Below, piece by piece: positions 23,338 through 37,368 of a stretch of DNA of 64,000 nucleotides. This DNA is from Basidiobolus meristosporus CBS 931.73 (lineage: Eukaryota > Fungi > Basidiobolomycota). A program made the position numbers and the translations under genes. Location: contig MCFE01000039.1 of the NCBI GenBank assembly GCA_002104905.1, positions 62,001-126,000 of the forward strand, read 5' to 3'. Positions within the stretch are counted from its first letter, which is position 1. Every line of letters starts with the position of its first letter. The notes beneath the pieces are model-generated. The model made no database searches. It had not been told where the DNA came from and saw nothing but the letters and a program-made list of their open reading frames with translations.

Positions 23338-26300
23338 TCACACTTTGGTCTCAGTGATGATCGGTGGATCATCATGAAACGGTTTCAGATGGGCTGGCGC
23401 TACATTGCTGATTGTCTTATTATTCAGGGTGATGGTGTACTTTGGCCCGTGGTCCGAACTGATAACGGTGCATGGGCCAATCCATTGGGGTGTAAATTGT
23501 GGGCGGAACTTGAGGCCTGCAACGGTTTGGTTGTACCACACCTTATTGCCTGGTTTCCACTTTTGTCTTGTTAGTTTCTCATTTTTGGGTGGAGGGGGAA
23601 GGTGCTTGTCAACATTTTCAAATACTTTTATGTATAGGTGGGCGATACGGTGTATCAACCTTTCTATATAGTCGTTATGTGTTGTCAGGGGGACACCTTC
23701 CATTGTCAATCCAGCTTCCTCCCGCCACTTGGGTCTTTGTCCATATAGGATTTCATATGGGGAGAAACCCGTCATTTTATTTGGTGTGGTGCGCATTGCT
23801 AGGAGTGTTAGTGGGAGCAGCTTGGCCCATGATTGGGGAGGTTCCCAGTGAAGCTTCTCCAGTATGCGGCAACACGTCTGGTTCATCCTCTCGGTTAATC
23901 CGTTAGTCTGGGGGTAATACGCGGCCGTGAAGACTTGTTTCACGCCCATCATTTTGCACAGGTGGGCCACGGTGTTGTTCAGGAAGGAACCACCATTGTC
24001 GGACAGGAGTATCTGAGGATATCCATGTTGGCAGATGAGGTGTTCTAGAATGAATCGGGCGGTTGTCTTCTGATCTTTATTGCGGACGGCTTGGGCTTTG
24101 ACCCACTTTGAGAAATAATCGGTAGCAATTATTATATATTGTTCTCCTTTCTTTGTTTTCATAAAGGGGCCAACAAAGTCAATCCCTACTTGGTGGAAGG
24201 GCAGGTCAACCAGTATTGGTGCAGTTGTCCCTATCTTCTGACTCCGGTTGAATCTTTTGCAAGTGGTGCATCTTCGTAACGTATTTGTAACGTTGGTCAT
24301 CATTTTTCGCCAATAAAACGTTTTTCTTAACATCTTATATGTCGTTAGGGGGTTAGCGTGTCCTAATGACATATGTCTTTCTCATATGATTTCTTCACGG
24401 GCTGCTAGTGGGGGTACCTTGGCTCTGGACTGTCCTTGGAGTAACCATAGTCAATTTTCTTGTACTTTGTACTGGCACCATTTCCTTTGAAATTCTCTCT
24501 TCTGTTTGTTTGTAACGACGTGTTTGGGATACCTCCCTTTCTTTTTAAAGCAGATTACGTCCTCGTACTCATCACTGACACGTATTTGGCAAACGGGATA
24601 GCAATTGAGGAAGTCTGCGTCCTGGTGTTTCTTGCCAGCGCGGTGAATTATTTCAAAGTTGTATTGCTGTAGTCGTAGGGCCCAATGTGCTAGTCAGCCG
24701 GTAAAGTCTTTAGTTTTCATCAGCCAGACCAGTGCGCTGTGGTCCGTTACTATCGTGAATTGGCGACCATGTATGTATGTATGTATGGAATTGTTTAATT
24801 GAATAAACAACAGCCAGACATTCTATCTTGGTAACGGGGTAGTGACGTTTGTGTTTGTTTAGCAAACGGCTCACGTAACCAATCGGGTGGAATTTGCCGG
24901 GTTGGTGGTATTGTCCCAGTATGGCGCCTATACCGGTGAGGCTTCCATCACAGTTAATAAAAAATCTCACATCCCAATTGGGAAATTGTAACACTGGCGG
25001 TGACGTCAGGGAATGTTTCAGCTGATTGAATGCTCTCTTTTGAGGCTCCAACCATACAAAACACCGGCCCTTTTGCGTCAATTTGTATAGGGGGGCTGCT
25101 ATCGTTGTGAAGTTTTTGACAAAGCGGCAATAGTAGCCGGCTAATCCTAGGAATCCCAACACTGCATTAATGTCCTTTGGTGCAGGTGCATTTTGAACGG
25201 CTTTCAGGAGTGACGTAGATGGGTATATTCCATCTGCCAAGATCTCATGGCCCAGGAACAACAATTTTGTATACAGGAAATGGCACTTCTTGGGATGTAG
25301 TTTGAGTTGGTTCTCAAGGAGGGATGTCAGGATACGTTGCATGTCGTGTATATGTTCTTCTACATCGGGGGAATATATCATGATGTTGTCCAGATACACA
25401 AGGGCGCATTCCCATCGTAGATTTCCTAGCACCTTGTCGATCATCCTTTGGAACGTAGCGGGGGCATTGCACAAGCCAAAGGGTAGTCGGTTCCATTTGT
25501 ATAATCCAAACAATGTTATAAAAGCGGTTTTGGGTCAATCTTCCGGGGCTACTTCTACTTGCCAATACCCGGAGATTAAGTCAAGAGAGCTAAAATATTT
25601 AGCTCCGATTAATCTGTCCAAGAGGTTGTCTATTTGCGGTAGCGGATACACGTCCTTCTGGGTGACAGCGTTCAATTTCCGGTAGTTGATGCAAAAGCGT
25701 CGCTTTCCGTCTTTCTTTGGAACTATCACTACGGGGGAGGCCCACGGAGACTGGCTCTCTGTAATGATGTTGTCTTTTAATAAAGTTTCAATTGTCTCTT
25801 TGATATAGTCTGTGTCAATTTTCAAATTCCTATAGGCTTTTTGCTTGATGGGGTATTTGTCGGCAAGGTGGATTTGGTGATATACCCCAGGTATATGACC
25901 AATTACTTGGTTCTTAGAGAATACTCGGGCAAGCGGACATATTCCTTCTAGGAATTTGTCTTGTAACGTAGGCGGTAGACCAGGGTCCACATCTAGTTTG
26001 GGGAGTTCTTCTTCTGGTTCTTTGTTTGGAGGTGGTCCTTAGTTGTTTCCGTCAACTTCCTCTAAGTTTAACAATGGCACTCCTCTAGGCAATGTCACCG
26101 TGTGTTGCCTGTTGTTAACCACTAAGCATTTCAGGCTTTGTGTTTCAAATTTTGGTGGTATCCATGCTTTAGGGATCGAGATTCCTTCCAGTTGCTTGGA
26201 TGCATTTGCTGCGGTTATCATTCTTCCGCTTGTTGAATAAGCTATTGGTGTTTCTAATGAGATCACCGTCTCACTGGCGGGTGGTATTTTTATCACCTTT

Positions 26301-27085
26301 TGTGTGATGATTGGAGACTGCGACGGTTTCACCTCTTTGATCATCACACTGTTGCTACGCGCCTTGCTCTCATTGGTGATATGAATCAGTGGGATACTCT
26401 TGGTATCCCACCTGAGTTCAGATGCACTGTAAAGTATATCCACCTTATGTTGGATAAACCAACTCTCGCCAATGAGTAAGTCGTTGGCTGCGACCGGTAG
26501 GACCACGACATCTTGGCGTATTATCAAGTTGCCTAGCCAAATGGGGCAATTAGGCACCACACCCACCGTTGTATCCAGTTGGTCATTTGCTAGCCGTACT
26601 TGAATGGTGTTGTTGGGGAATATATTTAGTTTTAGACATTTTGCTAATGACTCTGACATGATCAACGTAGAGGATCCTGTGTCGATAAGGGCGAGAATCT
26701 CCTTATTCTCTATACGTACCTTTACGTATGTACCTTTATTTGGTTTTTGCAGGACCGTCTGGTTGACATGGAGGGTTGTTATCTCCTTCAATCCCTCTAT
26801 CAGTTCCTTGACTAGAGCTGGGGCCAGTCCCAGTAAATTGGTTATTGGGAGGGTTGCCTTGGTTTGCTCTAGTGCCTTCATTATGGGGAATAGGCCATGG
26901 GAAGACGTGCTAGCGTTCTTTGTTTGCTTTAACACTTCTTCCCAAGGTTCATTCCGTACTTCTTCACCTAATTCCGCGCTCTTTCCTTTTGACGGAACCT
27001 CTACTACAGGTTCCTTTGCCTCCTCTCTGGAAGCATCATGTCAACGCTTCTTCTTCCGCACTTTGATTGTCCTGACCGGAGGGCT
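23338..27085 (-). pseudogene. pol polyprotein of the young Gypsy (protease, RT, RNase H, integrase)
   Basis: ALIDTGSS; KRRFCINYRKLN; YLDNIMIYS; CDGSLTGIGAILGQ; H..LGH..C..C, GIDFVGP, SDNG, YPQTNGLTER, WIGPC. One frame interrupted by TGA/TAA stops and one 4-nt ACAT duplication near 24775. Confidence 0.95.
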
Positions 27086-27957
27086 TAGATTGACTGAGTC
27101 CCGTTGGCCTCCTGGCGAGGGACTCTGTCTTTTGACGCCTTCTTCTCTTTTGTGTCCGGTACGGAAGAGAAGCCGTACTGTTTTTCACATTCATGGGCCC
27201 GGTGACCTACTTCTCCACACACATAACACGGATACTGTTGTCGCGGTCGTTCCATCTGTTGGGTCAGGACTTGAACCTGGGCCTTTAGATCTACAACAGC
27301 TTCCCAGAGTTTATCACCTTCTTTGGGGACTTCTTGGACATTGTTGATTGAGAGTTCTTGGACCTTTCGCCGTAATTCCTCTAACTCACGGTCTTTTGGG
27401 GAGGCAATTTTTCCTTTCTTACGGGGGATCCCTGTCCTTTGATCATTTGTATCACTATAGGGTAGCCCCCATAGCAAGATGACCCCTTGTACTCGTTCGA
27501 CCAACTCTTGCAACGTTTTACATCCCTGTTGTTCTTTGGACGCCCTATGTCTTATTTTGTCATCTAAGCCCATGATGTAATACCTCATGAGCTGTCGTTT
27601 GGCGATTTTGTCCTTTGGGAGACATCGAACTTGTTGGAGAAACAGTTCAGTGTAGGCTTCATAGCTTTCACTGCTTTTCTTCCACGAGGACAGTAGAAGG
27701 GCTTTGTAGTGGTATCCTTCGGCATATAGAAAGCGTGTCTTGTAGGCTTCTTCTAGTGCATCCCAGTCGTCTTTGACTGCGTCTTCCAACCCATAATGCC
27801 ATTGCCATGCTGACCCTTCCATATGTCTTGCGAACTCTCTTACTTTCTTATTGTCGTCCCATCCTGCATCAACCGCAACTCTCTCAAACTTATCAAACCA
27901 CTCAAGGGCTTTCTCTCTCTTTCCCTTGTATGTTTTTAGTTTGATTGTAGTAGTCAT
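27085..27957 (-). CDS. Gypsy gag with CCHC zinc knuckle
   Basis: Open 290-aa ORF with ALEWFDKFE..GSAWQW (retrotransposon gag) and CYVCGEVGHRAHEC. Confidence 0.9.
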   Translation of the reverse strand: MTTTIKLKTYKGKREKALEWFDKFERVAVDAGWDDNKKVREFARHMEGSAWQWHYGLEDAVKDDWDALEEAYKTRFLYAEGYHYKALLLSSWKKSSESYEAYTELFLQQVRCLPKDKIAKRQLMRYYIMGLDDKIRHRASKEQQGCKTLQELVERVQGVILLWGLPYSDTNDQRTGIPRKKGKIASPKDRELEELRRKVQELSINNVQEVPKEGDKLWEAVVDLKAQVQVLTQQMERPRQQYPCYVCGEVGHRAHECEKQYGFSSVPDTKEKKASKDRVPRQEANGTQSI

Positions 27958-27979
27958 TACCTCACTTGTGCTTATTTCC

Positions 27980-27996
27980 GCAGAGACAGCACCAAA
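27980..27996 (-). promoter_or_regulatory. tRNA primer-binding site
   Basis: TGGTGCTGTCTCTGCGG just inside the 5' LTR, complementary to a tRNA 3' end ...GAGACAGCACCA. Confidence 0.8.
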
Positions 27997-27998
27997 TA

Positions 27999-28385
27999 TG
28001 TGGGTTATTACTGCCTGTACTTGGTGAGTGGGAGAGCTTGTAGGTCAAGTCAGTACCACTTGGTTCAGAATAGCTTCCGATAGAAGGTAGCAAGGTAATA
28101 AAGACTTCTGTTTATTTTGTCCAAATCTTGTTGTTCTTCCTGGTTCAATTGGGTAGATATATATATCACTTGGGGGGGCTTAGACAATAGACAATGTGTT
28201 ATAAAATAGGGGTGTGAACACCTTCCTGTTATGGTAAGTGTTCTAACTAGATAAGGGCAGGGATAGGAGGGGAGGACGTGTGGGGGAATCATAGGGAGGG
28301 TACTGGAGGACTTTGGGTAGGACTCTGGAGGGAACTCTTGGGAGAACTCTTGGGCGAAGAGTGGGTACTACATTGAGTACTCACA
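27999..28385 (-). repeat. 5' LTR of the young Gypsy
   Basis: 387-bp direct repeat of 21609-21995. Confidence 0.95.
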
Positions 28386-30099
28386 AAGTACACCTTCATG
28401 TTGGATTATCTGATCCTGTTATGCTACAGCTGCAAAGCTGCATCTGCCAAGTAAAAAGCTGCATAATGCTACATGCTTTCTGGGACAGTTCTTGAGTGTT
28501 GATGGCCTCTTGAATTGAGAAGAGCCAAGTTACCAGATTCTCTTTGAGCCCACCATGGTACTGCTTGTCCACCACACTAAAGTTGGTCATGACAGTGCTT
28601 TGCTGACTTTGGGCTTTGTAAGTCATTCCAGGCCAGAATTTGCTGCATGGCATTCTTCCATTTCTGATTTTCCAACATCTTGGGGGAGACATCTTGCTTT
28701 GCATGGAGCAAGGTCTCTGGTTATTGCTGCTACCAATGTTACAAGTATTGATACAAGAGTAGCAGAGCTATTGGTAGTTCAGATAATATTTTGTTCACTC
28801 AAATCAAACTGAATTTTATTAAAGTTCCAGCAGCTCCTTATGCACACTCTGCCAGATCAGTTGCCTACTAATTCAATTTCCAGATGGAGGATGTGGCTGA
28901 TGACTTGATCAACTGCATCATCATCATGTAATTAAATTATTCTCAATACATCTATATCTATCTAATAAGGATCTGCTAATTGTTCTTCTGACTAATGCTT
29001 CAGATTTGATAGATAACACTGATATTGTTACAAGTCTTGATATAAGAGTTGCAGAGAAAAGGGAGTTTAGCTAGTGTTGCATTCATTAAAACTTGAACTG
29101 ATCTTTGTAAAGGTTTCAGCAGCTTCTTATATACATTTTACCAGATCAATTGCTGACTAAATGTTTTTCCCAATATGGATAATGGCTGATGACGCATCTG
29201 ATGGCATCATCATCCTCTTATTAAATGATACATAATGTGTCTATTTCTGTATGATGAGGATCTGCTGATTCATCTGCTGACTAATACTACTGATTTGACA
29301 GATAACACTAATATACTGGAAGGCTACACATATAGATAATGGATTTGATTAGAAACTGATCTAACTTAAACATTCAAGCAGTAGATCATAACACTATAAT
29401 GATAGGCTAATTATAAAGCTGAATAAATCAATCAAAAATTGAACTAATTTAGACACTTATATGGGAGATCATATCAAAGGTACATTCCAATATTATAAAA
29501 CAAGTGACCCTATAGTAATAAGATTGTCAAAATCACTAAATCAATGATCCCTAAGAGATGTGCATACTCAAAAAATGGTTGTATGGGCTTGGGCAGGCAC
29601 CTAAAGTATTTTGTACAAAGCTTACTCATATTCAAAGGAGATTGGACCTCTCTGTAGCACTGTGTATCTTATTCCATATATGACAGATTCAAAGTGAGTG
29701 ACTACAGTGGTGCTTTATATGTGCATCCTAATAAGGGCTGCAAGTGAGCAGAGGGCACATTAACAGATGGAATGAGACCATTTTAGCAATCCTGAGATCA
29801 AAGATCCTGGAAAAATTAACATTTTGTTAGTTCTATGTAATTGTAAAAAACTATGCTGAATCAATTGAGGCATATTAGGAGTTTTTTTGTTGTATTGAAG
29901 TGAGAAAGCTCTATCATACAGTGCCAACTGTGGAAAAAGTTGAAAGACTGAGCAAAGCTCAGCCAATTTTTGGTCAAAACTGCTCACACATTGGAATAGT
30001 GAGATTCATGCAGATTTATGTATCTGATCAGATTGCAGCATTTAAGCAAGTTTTGATTTATCTACAGGGTACCTTAAATATTGTACTAGATTAATCTGG

Positions 30100-33000
30100 A
30101 CTAGCTAATTGGCAGATATTTTATTGTTGTAGAGATTCAGATTGTGGTAGCAAGCTGAATGACCAATGTTCTACCTTTAGGTATATATTTATATATTCCA
30201 GTGCAGCTATTACTTGGCATTACAAGGAATAATCATATATGGCACTCTCTCTAACTGAGACAAAATGTATAGACCATTGTCAAGCTACTGAGGAGGCTAT
30301 GTGGTCATACAGGCACTCCTAGACTAGGGCTTTAATTAAGATGAACCAACATGCATTTACAAGGATAATGAAAGTTTTACTTCATTAGATAGAAATTGTT
30401 ATGAATAGACACAAGGCAGGATTCAAGGCAAGGCTGTTTATTCAAGACCTGTGCTTATCAGACTGAGGAATACTTAAGGGGGGATAGGACTATATATACT
30501 TTTTGGTTATACTGATGCCAAGAGATATTGGCTAATACTAATGGGGTTGTGGGGTGAGGCACAGCAATGTGCTGGGGATAATAATATAGAAGGCAAGGCA
30601 CTGAGACAGGATGGGGAAATGGATTGGGTCACCTAATCATGTGACTAAGTCATGTGACCTGGTATATCCATATATGGTACTGGACTATGAAAAATACAAT
30701 GGGAAGCTTCCATGGAATGTTCCATTGTGTAACAAGGGTTTGGAATGGTCAGGAACTTTCTGGAAGGTTGTAGAAGGTTCCGGCATGAATCTCTTAGAAA
30801 TTGAGCTAGGAAGCTGAAACTTGGCATGGGTGTTCATGGCTGTCATGTGATCATGACAGAAATCCCACTGATTGTGACCAAATCAAGCATATACTGAGAC
30901 CACATCCATTTGTGAGAGATGTTTTAAGGAATCACTTGGTAGATTTAGTTTACTGCCCAGCAGAAAAAATGGTTGCAAAAATATTGACAGATACTTTAGT
31001 TAGGCCACAGTTTGAAAAACTCAAGGATATATTATGAATAAGAGATTGTTTAGCTGAGGGGAATTGCTTAAATATTGAGCCATTTGGTATTAGTCAGCAG
31101 CTAAAAATCTACTTAGCAAATCTGGACTGGTTGTAGTCACCAAAGTACTCACTTACAGCCCTACCTCAGCTGCATTTTCATAGTAAAATATGATTTATAC
31201 AAATCTGTTGTATAATTGAAGATTATGGTGTTTATGATGCTGCTGAAAAGGAAGTAACCATTCTGACTCTTCAACTGGAGAGCCTCACAATATTCACAAT
31301 AAACCAGAGGGCCCTTAGACAGATTGAATTAGACCTCTTTTTGAACATGAGATGACTTATTGTGGAAAAATGAAATATTCTCTTGGATTCAAGGATATAT
31401 TTGATATGTCTACAGAGAAAACGGAGCTTAATTGACTTAAGTACATCAAAAACATTCTTACATACTGAAACACAATAAGATATAAACTTGTAGCACAATG
31501 CAGGTTGTGGTACTTGCTCATTTTTTGGCACTTGTAGTGGGAATAGTTAATCAGCCTATGCAAAATCAATGGTTGGATAACATTTCAGAAGTAAAACAAA
31601 CTCTGAGATACCTATAAGGTGCCATGAATATGGTACAAGAATAATCTGGATCAGCTCAAGGGTATTCATAGACGACAGTGATTAAATTGGGGTAGGGATC
31701 TGAATAATATATATTTTACTGCTGGGTATTAAACTCTGAATGCTGGTGCAGCAATCACTTTCAACTGGTGATAACAGCCAGCTGCAGCCCCTCTACTTCC
31801 AATATGCAGTATATAGCAACTTCTAAAGCACCTACAGAGGTTATATGGTTAAAATGTTATCTAAAGATTTAAAATTTGATAGTAATTAACAACTGGTGTT
31901 TACAATCATAATCAAAGTTATATTCCAATAGCCAGAAGTCCTATTAATCATGCAAGAACTATGTACATAGCAGTACAACACCTCTTTGTAAGAGAAGCTG
32001 TATATAACAAGCTGGTAAATTTACTTCACCACCCAACTGACAAGATGACTGCTGATTTATCCATAAAGTCATTAGCTAAGCCTTCACTTGAGCAACTTAG
32101 AAAGATAGTTAAATTAAGTTTTTATTCATTGTAGTTGTAGTACTGAAATACTAAGCCATATGGTATAATCCAGCAGCTAAGATTTATGTAAGAACTCTGA
32201 GTTAGTCTTGACAACTTTAGGCCTTATTTGCTGCCCAGACTTTGCCATCCATGCTGGGTGTATGATCACATCATTGTTCTGCTGTAGTTGATATCAAATC
32301 AACACTCTGCTTAAACATTAAGTGTTGCATTAAAACTATACAGTATGTTTCTGAATATTGAGAAACTCATCTCACTTAGTGTTAATGCTGTATCATCTAT
32401 ATTAAGGTGCCAATAGTGAGCTTTTATTAAAGTACATAGTGGCTAAGCAAACATCACTTTGACTGGATAAGTTCCTTGAAAACAAGCTCTTCCTAGATTG
32501 CACCAGAATTATGAAGAAATAGCCACACTTTTCCCTATACATGTCCTACTTGCTGTCCTCAAGTATGCAGGTCAATAGGTTTCCTTCATTGACCTTGATC
32601 TTTAGTTTACCAGATAAGTGATTCAGTACATATTGCAAAAGTGCCCATGAGATGTTGAGACTGAAGTTGATATGGTAGGTTCTGCATTGCTTTCTGCTTT
32701 CAAGGTATCCTACTCTAACAGGCTCTCATATGATACATATGAGTCCAACATGATCTAGGCAGGTACTCTGAAGTGACAACAGATGTAAGGAGTCTCTGTC
32801 AGTTGCTATGTATCCTTTTGTTGTGTCTCAGAAAATGTCCCTTGTACAATGATATATTTACTTAGCAAATGTATTACTCACCTATAAAAATTAACTGTGA
32901 TAATCCTGTTAAAAGGCTGCCACAAAGTATAGTTTCTGTGACTAAGTGGTAATGATGCCAGTAGGATATCATGTAAAAACCACTGAAAAAAATGCACTGC
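30100..33000. mobile_element. Heavily decayed Copia RNase H/RT fragments and a Gypsy RNase H fragment
   Basis: Copia RNase H relics at ~30190-30400, ~30890-31060 (..EKMVAKILTD..) and ~31900-32110, with G-rich PPT-like tracts. Gypsy-like RNase H on the minus strand at ~32550-32750. Confidence 0.6.
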
Positions 33001-33399
33001 ACATTTTGCAAAAGGTGTAATCACAATGCTTTATCATAAATATACATTAATTGCAGTTTATTAGTTTTCTGCCATTTCTCTCACTCTTTGATCCTGGATA
33101 CCTGATTACATTCTATTTGTATGAGCATTGATTGGCTAGAGATTTGTGCACAGCAATTGGCTATTGCCAATTTTTCACACCCCATACATTCTAATACAAC
33201 TGTTACTCCTACTTTTCATATATATGGCTTATTTCATTTTCATTGAATCTTTTGTAGCAGCTCAATTTGCCCATTATACAGACCTCCACAAGTCCTTATA
33301 TATAACTCCAACATCAAGCCCAAATTCAGAATCAACAAGTAGCTCCATTAAAATCTGCCATTTAGCACATATTTCTCCATAATATTGTCTGCCCATGAC

Positions 33400-36300
33400 T
33401 TTAGTGGAACCAGGTAGCTTTATACCATTGCTCATTTACTAGTTTCTACACACTGACTGCTTTGCAGGAGCCAACTGTGTACATCTACAACAGACTGGCA
33501 GGTAATATTCTTGATGAGATTGGCATAGCCAGTACTTGCAACTTAACTTGTCTTCCTTTTTCCCCACACATTCACTATATAGGGAACTCCAAAAAAGAGA
33601 AATAAGGACCAATATTTTCCACATATCTAGTAAGATGGAGAAGATAATGGATGCAGTAGCAACAGGGATCTACACACTCAGTCTTATGCTAGTTGAATAG
33701 CCACTCAAACCCTTACATGCACTGCTTATGTCAATGCTGTGGATGTGTTGTGGTAGGGTAAGCATACCTTTCACAAACAAGTTTATCCATATAGCTATAA
33801 CAATTCACTTATTGATATTTTATCTATCTGTATTATCCCATTTATGGTTGCCTCAATCACTAGTATTACCCCCATATCATGTTTACCTTGGTTAGTTATC
33901 AGCATTAATTGTCCCATATTTTATTCATCTTGGTTATCACCAAATGCATCTGCATTAGGCAAGTACCTGTGTCAGTACACATGACTTAGGTTGGTGCTAC
34001 CATCCCTGCCATTTCAGCACCATAAATGGTATCTCTTTGTTGCACAGGTTTCAGACTACTGATCCCTGATTAATTGGATGTGTTTACTTTATAAAACCTT
34101 GCAGGACCTTCTGAGAATATTTTCAGCTTCTTGTAATGTCATCAAGAATTCTGCTGATGCCTGAATTTTTCTAGAACCTTGTCATTGGTATTCACTTGGC
34201 AATCAGGAAAGTGTTTAAGGAAAGTCCATCCCTCATTATTATAGCTTACCTTCTATCAATAACACTTTCCCCTTACTGTTTTACAGTAGATCACTGCACC
34301 TACATTCAACTGTTACACCTCAGACCTGCTATCAAGGAGCTTTCAAGGTAGTGCATATGACACACAGAGGCCTTTGGAAACACTTGGAGCACCTGGGAAG
34401 GTTGAGAAGCAGGGGCTTTAACCATAGTGATATAGTGGTATAGACACCAGCAGTTTAGACCCAGAGGGTAATGATCCATCAGACACATCACACACCTTGA
34501 GTTGTGTAGCATCTCTCAGGAGTACTACTACACCACCACAGTGACAATTTGGCATTGGTGATCCACTTCTGGAAAATATATGACTCCCAATGCTTACAAT
34601 GTACTCTGGGTAGAAACTGCCCAGAAGGCCACTTAAATAAATAAATATCTAGTTCATCCAGTCCTGGCAATTGTATTGTTGCATATTCACATAATTCTTG
34701 ATTGGAACTTGTGAGAGATACTTTGAGTAGCAGATACTCTGGAATGTCTTGCCAGTTCTTTCAGATTTCTCCAGTTTCTCAAGGGGCATGTTCAGCTTGA
34801 AATGCCCCATATATAACTTGGACATTAGTATTGGATATTGTTGAACAGCAAATGCATTACTCCCAGTGAAAAGCTTTTGACTCAACAGATTACATCCATC
34901 TTAGGTAACACAGATTTTGAATTAATTATATATTCTGGCCAATGGTGTATAGGTTGCCAGCTGTACTGCAATTGTGTGCTGACTTCTGTGTGTTTTCTGT
35001 GAGAAGATGGTTTTCTTGGTATTGGTGCTTAGATATTAGCTATATTTGTGAGTCATGGTGTATATCACCTGGATCTCACACATTTAACAGCAATACTCTT
35101 CATTGTGCTCAGAAAAGCCTGCTATCTTGCTGATAGCTGGGGTATCTATAATGCAGAAATAATATGCGTTTTGCATATCCAGAATGTGAGTAAAGTATTC
35201 CTCCAATGATGGTGGATTTCTGATAACTTGAACACATTGCAATGGTAGCATTTTTAGATGTGAATGCCATGCAACTGTTGACACATGCTGGAATCAGGAC
35301 AGTCTTTGGATCATATGTTGCCAGCCGCATGATAGTTGTCCACTTGTACCATGTACATGTTAAGTTGCATTCTGGAATGATTTTGGCAAGAAGAAGTAAT
35401 AAATCCTCAAAGCCCCAATTACTAATATTAGTGGAAACACGCCACTTCTCTAGCCACAACATTACTTCATTCACCAGTAGATGGATAACTGGGCTCACTT
35501 GGCTCCATAAAGTATCCTTGGCATTTGTTTCAACAGGTGTTATCTCATTGCATATAGGGATTTGACCAGGCTCAGACATGGTACTGTTGTTAGGGGAGCT
35601 AGGCTCAATATCTATCAGTGTGCCTTCTTTGTTGGAGCTTGGGATCACTTGCCTCCATGGAGTATCCTTGAAGTTTTTTTTCCACCAGTGATGTCTCATT
35701 GCATATACAGATCTTGCAAGGCTCTTGCTGGGTACTGTTGTGAGGTGATATAGACTCACAACCCATTAGCAAGTCTTTTTCATAAGAGCTATCACCCCAC
35801 CAGCCATATTCAGAAGACTTAGGTGAGCCAAAGGCATCACAAGCTCATGCAAATTGGATTGTGCAAGGTGATAAGTACATCAGGGTGCTGTTACCAAAGT
35901 ATCAAGTGGTGGCAAGCTTTTTTGATATAGTAGTGACTAATGTTTGAGCAGATATGACTTATGAGGCTAAACTTAACACTTAGCAACATGACACTGTATT
36001 ATCCCTTTTTTGTCAACACTCATGTGATTTTAAGCCAGTGTTGTATTTGAGACATTATACCAACATGAATATAAGATGCAATGATGACCCAACATAGTAA
36101 GCTTTATAAATAGCGCTGTGGCACCATATACACACATATATGTAACACTATTTTGCATTTGATTTGACTCATCTACATATGTATGCCATCAAAAAACAAA
36201 GTAAAGTCATTGGGTTCCCAACCAAACAATGCTGCTGGCAGCAGCAGAAGCACAGTGGGGTAACAGCTTACTCTGGCATTCAGTACAACAAGCCAGGCAA

Positions 36301-36520
36301 CATCCAAAAAGACCATGTTGAAACCATATGAAAAATAATTTGGTTCTGCAGGTATATCCAGTCCAGATCAGCCTACAGCATCCTTCAAAGAGTCCATCAT
36401 ATTACCAGCAGCTTGGAATTATTGAACCTCAACACAATCTTACAATAGACTGTCACCACATTTTGCTGATTTCAAGGCCTAAATAAAGCTAAATACCTGA
36501 CAGTATTTTAACAGTCATAT
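33400..36520 (-). mobile_element. Decayed CACTA/EnSpm element copy 1 (Tnp2-type transposase relic plus start of a divergent ORF at 36183)
   Basis: IPACVNSCMAF..C (35109-35759), DTPAISKIAGFSEHN, MHLLFSNIP-like and GP..WEFP-like segments. No terminal inverted repeats found. Confidence 0.75.
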
Positions 36521-37368
36521 GACAAGAGTTGCATGGCTTTCTAATAGTCTTGGTGCGCTCTACATTTGTTTGAGTGGACCTAACCAGCCAATATATTCAA
36601 TTGCCTTATATAGCATGAAACTTGACAGTGTGCTAGCATTATTATGGAAGCATGGTGGACAACAGAAAGTGATGTTTAATGCCACAATACCAATATACCA
36701 AAGTGGTATTTCCCTTTTCTATCTCCCTTACACTATCCATATTACTACTGTAGAATTATCCCTCCTTATTTGCTTACCCACTACTTAGTTGTTTCTTCCA
36801 TATATAGTTCACATCAAAAAAACTATGGCTTCCTGCTTACTAACTTCAACATGCCTGCAGACCTGCTTCAATTGACAAACTTCTATTGCCTCAACTCTAC
36901 AGCCTTTTGGTGTGATATTTGCAGAGCTCCCGTTTACCTTGTATTGCTGGTAACATATGTATCTTGCAAGCTTATGCCTGATTGCTACCACTTTTGCCTT
37001 GAATACCTCCTGAATATCTGCAAAGAACTTCTTGGTATTTAGCCAATACATCCTGTCTCCCTGCTGGATTCTAGTCCCCCTGAGAGGTGTGCTCTGGCTC
37101 TTGTTTGTGTGAATTCCATATGGAATGGTGTGGAAACTGGCATTTGACTAAAAGAAAACTTACATACTTTGGTGAGTTTTTCTTAATAAAGATCAGTTGC
37201 TAGTGCACCCAACCCAATTCTGCATTACCTTTGTGATTACCCATACATTGGGGCAGCTTTGCTTCCTAATGCCAAAGGCATAGGTGTCTTCATGTGCACA
37301 TCTGTCCTCAGTATTTTCCAACTCTTCCTGGCTGTCCTCCATGTGCCAACACATCACATCCATGACGG

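Larger units (their letters stand above)
21609..28385 (-). mobile_element. Young full-length Ty3/Gypsy element with 387-bp LTRs, AAGTA TSD and an extra ORF
   Basis: LTRs 21609-21995 and 27999-28385 are near-identical. AAGTA at 21604-08 and 28386-90. PBS TGGTGCTGTCTCTGCGG. gag-PR-RT-RH-IN order. Confidence 0.97.
21320..29393 (-). mobile_element. Family A Gypsy gag relic and LTRs, host of the young insertion
   Basis: gag motif KYHGGLKENLVTWLFSIQEA at 28396-28704 continues at 21320-21608. LTR-A copies on the minus strand at ~28800-29015 and 29026-29393. Confidence 0.7.

Noticed and set aside
23338-23460. Chromodomain at the integrase C-terminus
   Set aside because: The integrase ends shortly after the GPY/F-like WIGPC module (..LKPFHDDPPIITETKV*), leaving no room for a chromodomain.
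26604-27347. 247-aa plus-strand ORF (similarly 22559-23062, 23568-23906, 25290-25685)
   Set aside because: These are antisense shadows of gag/pol/ORF3 with no independent protein features.
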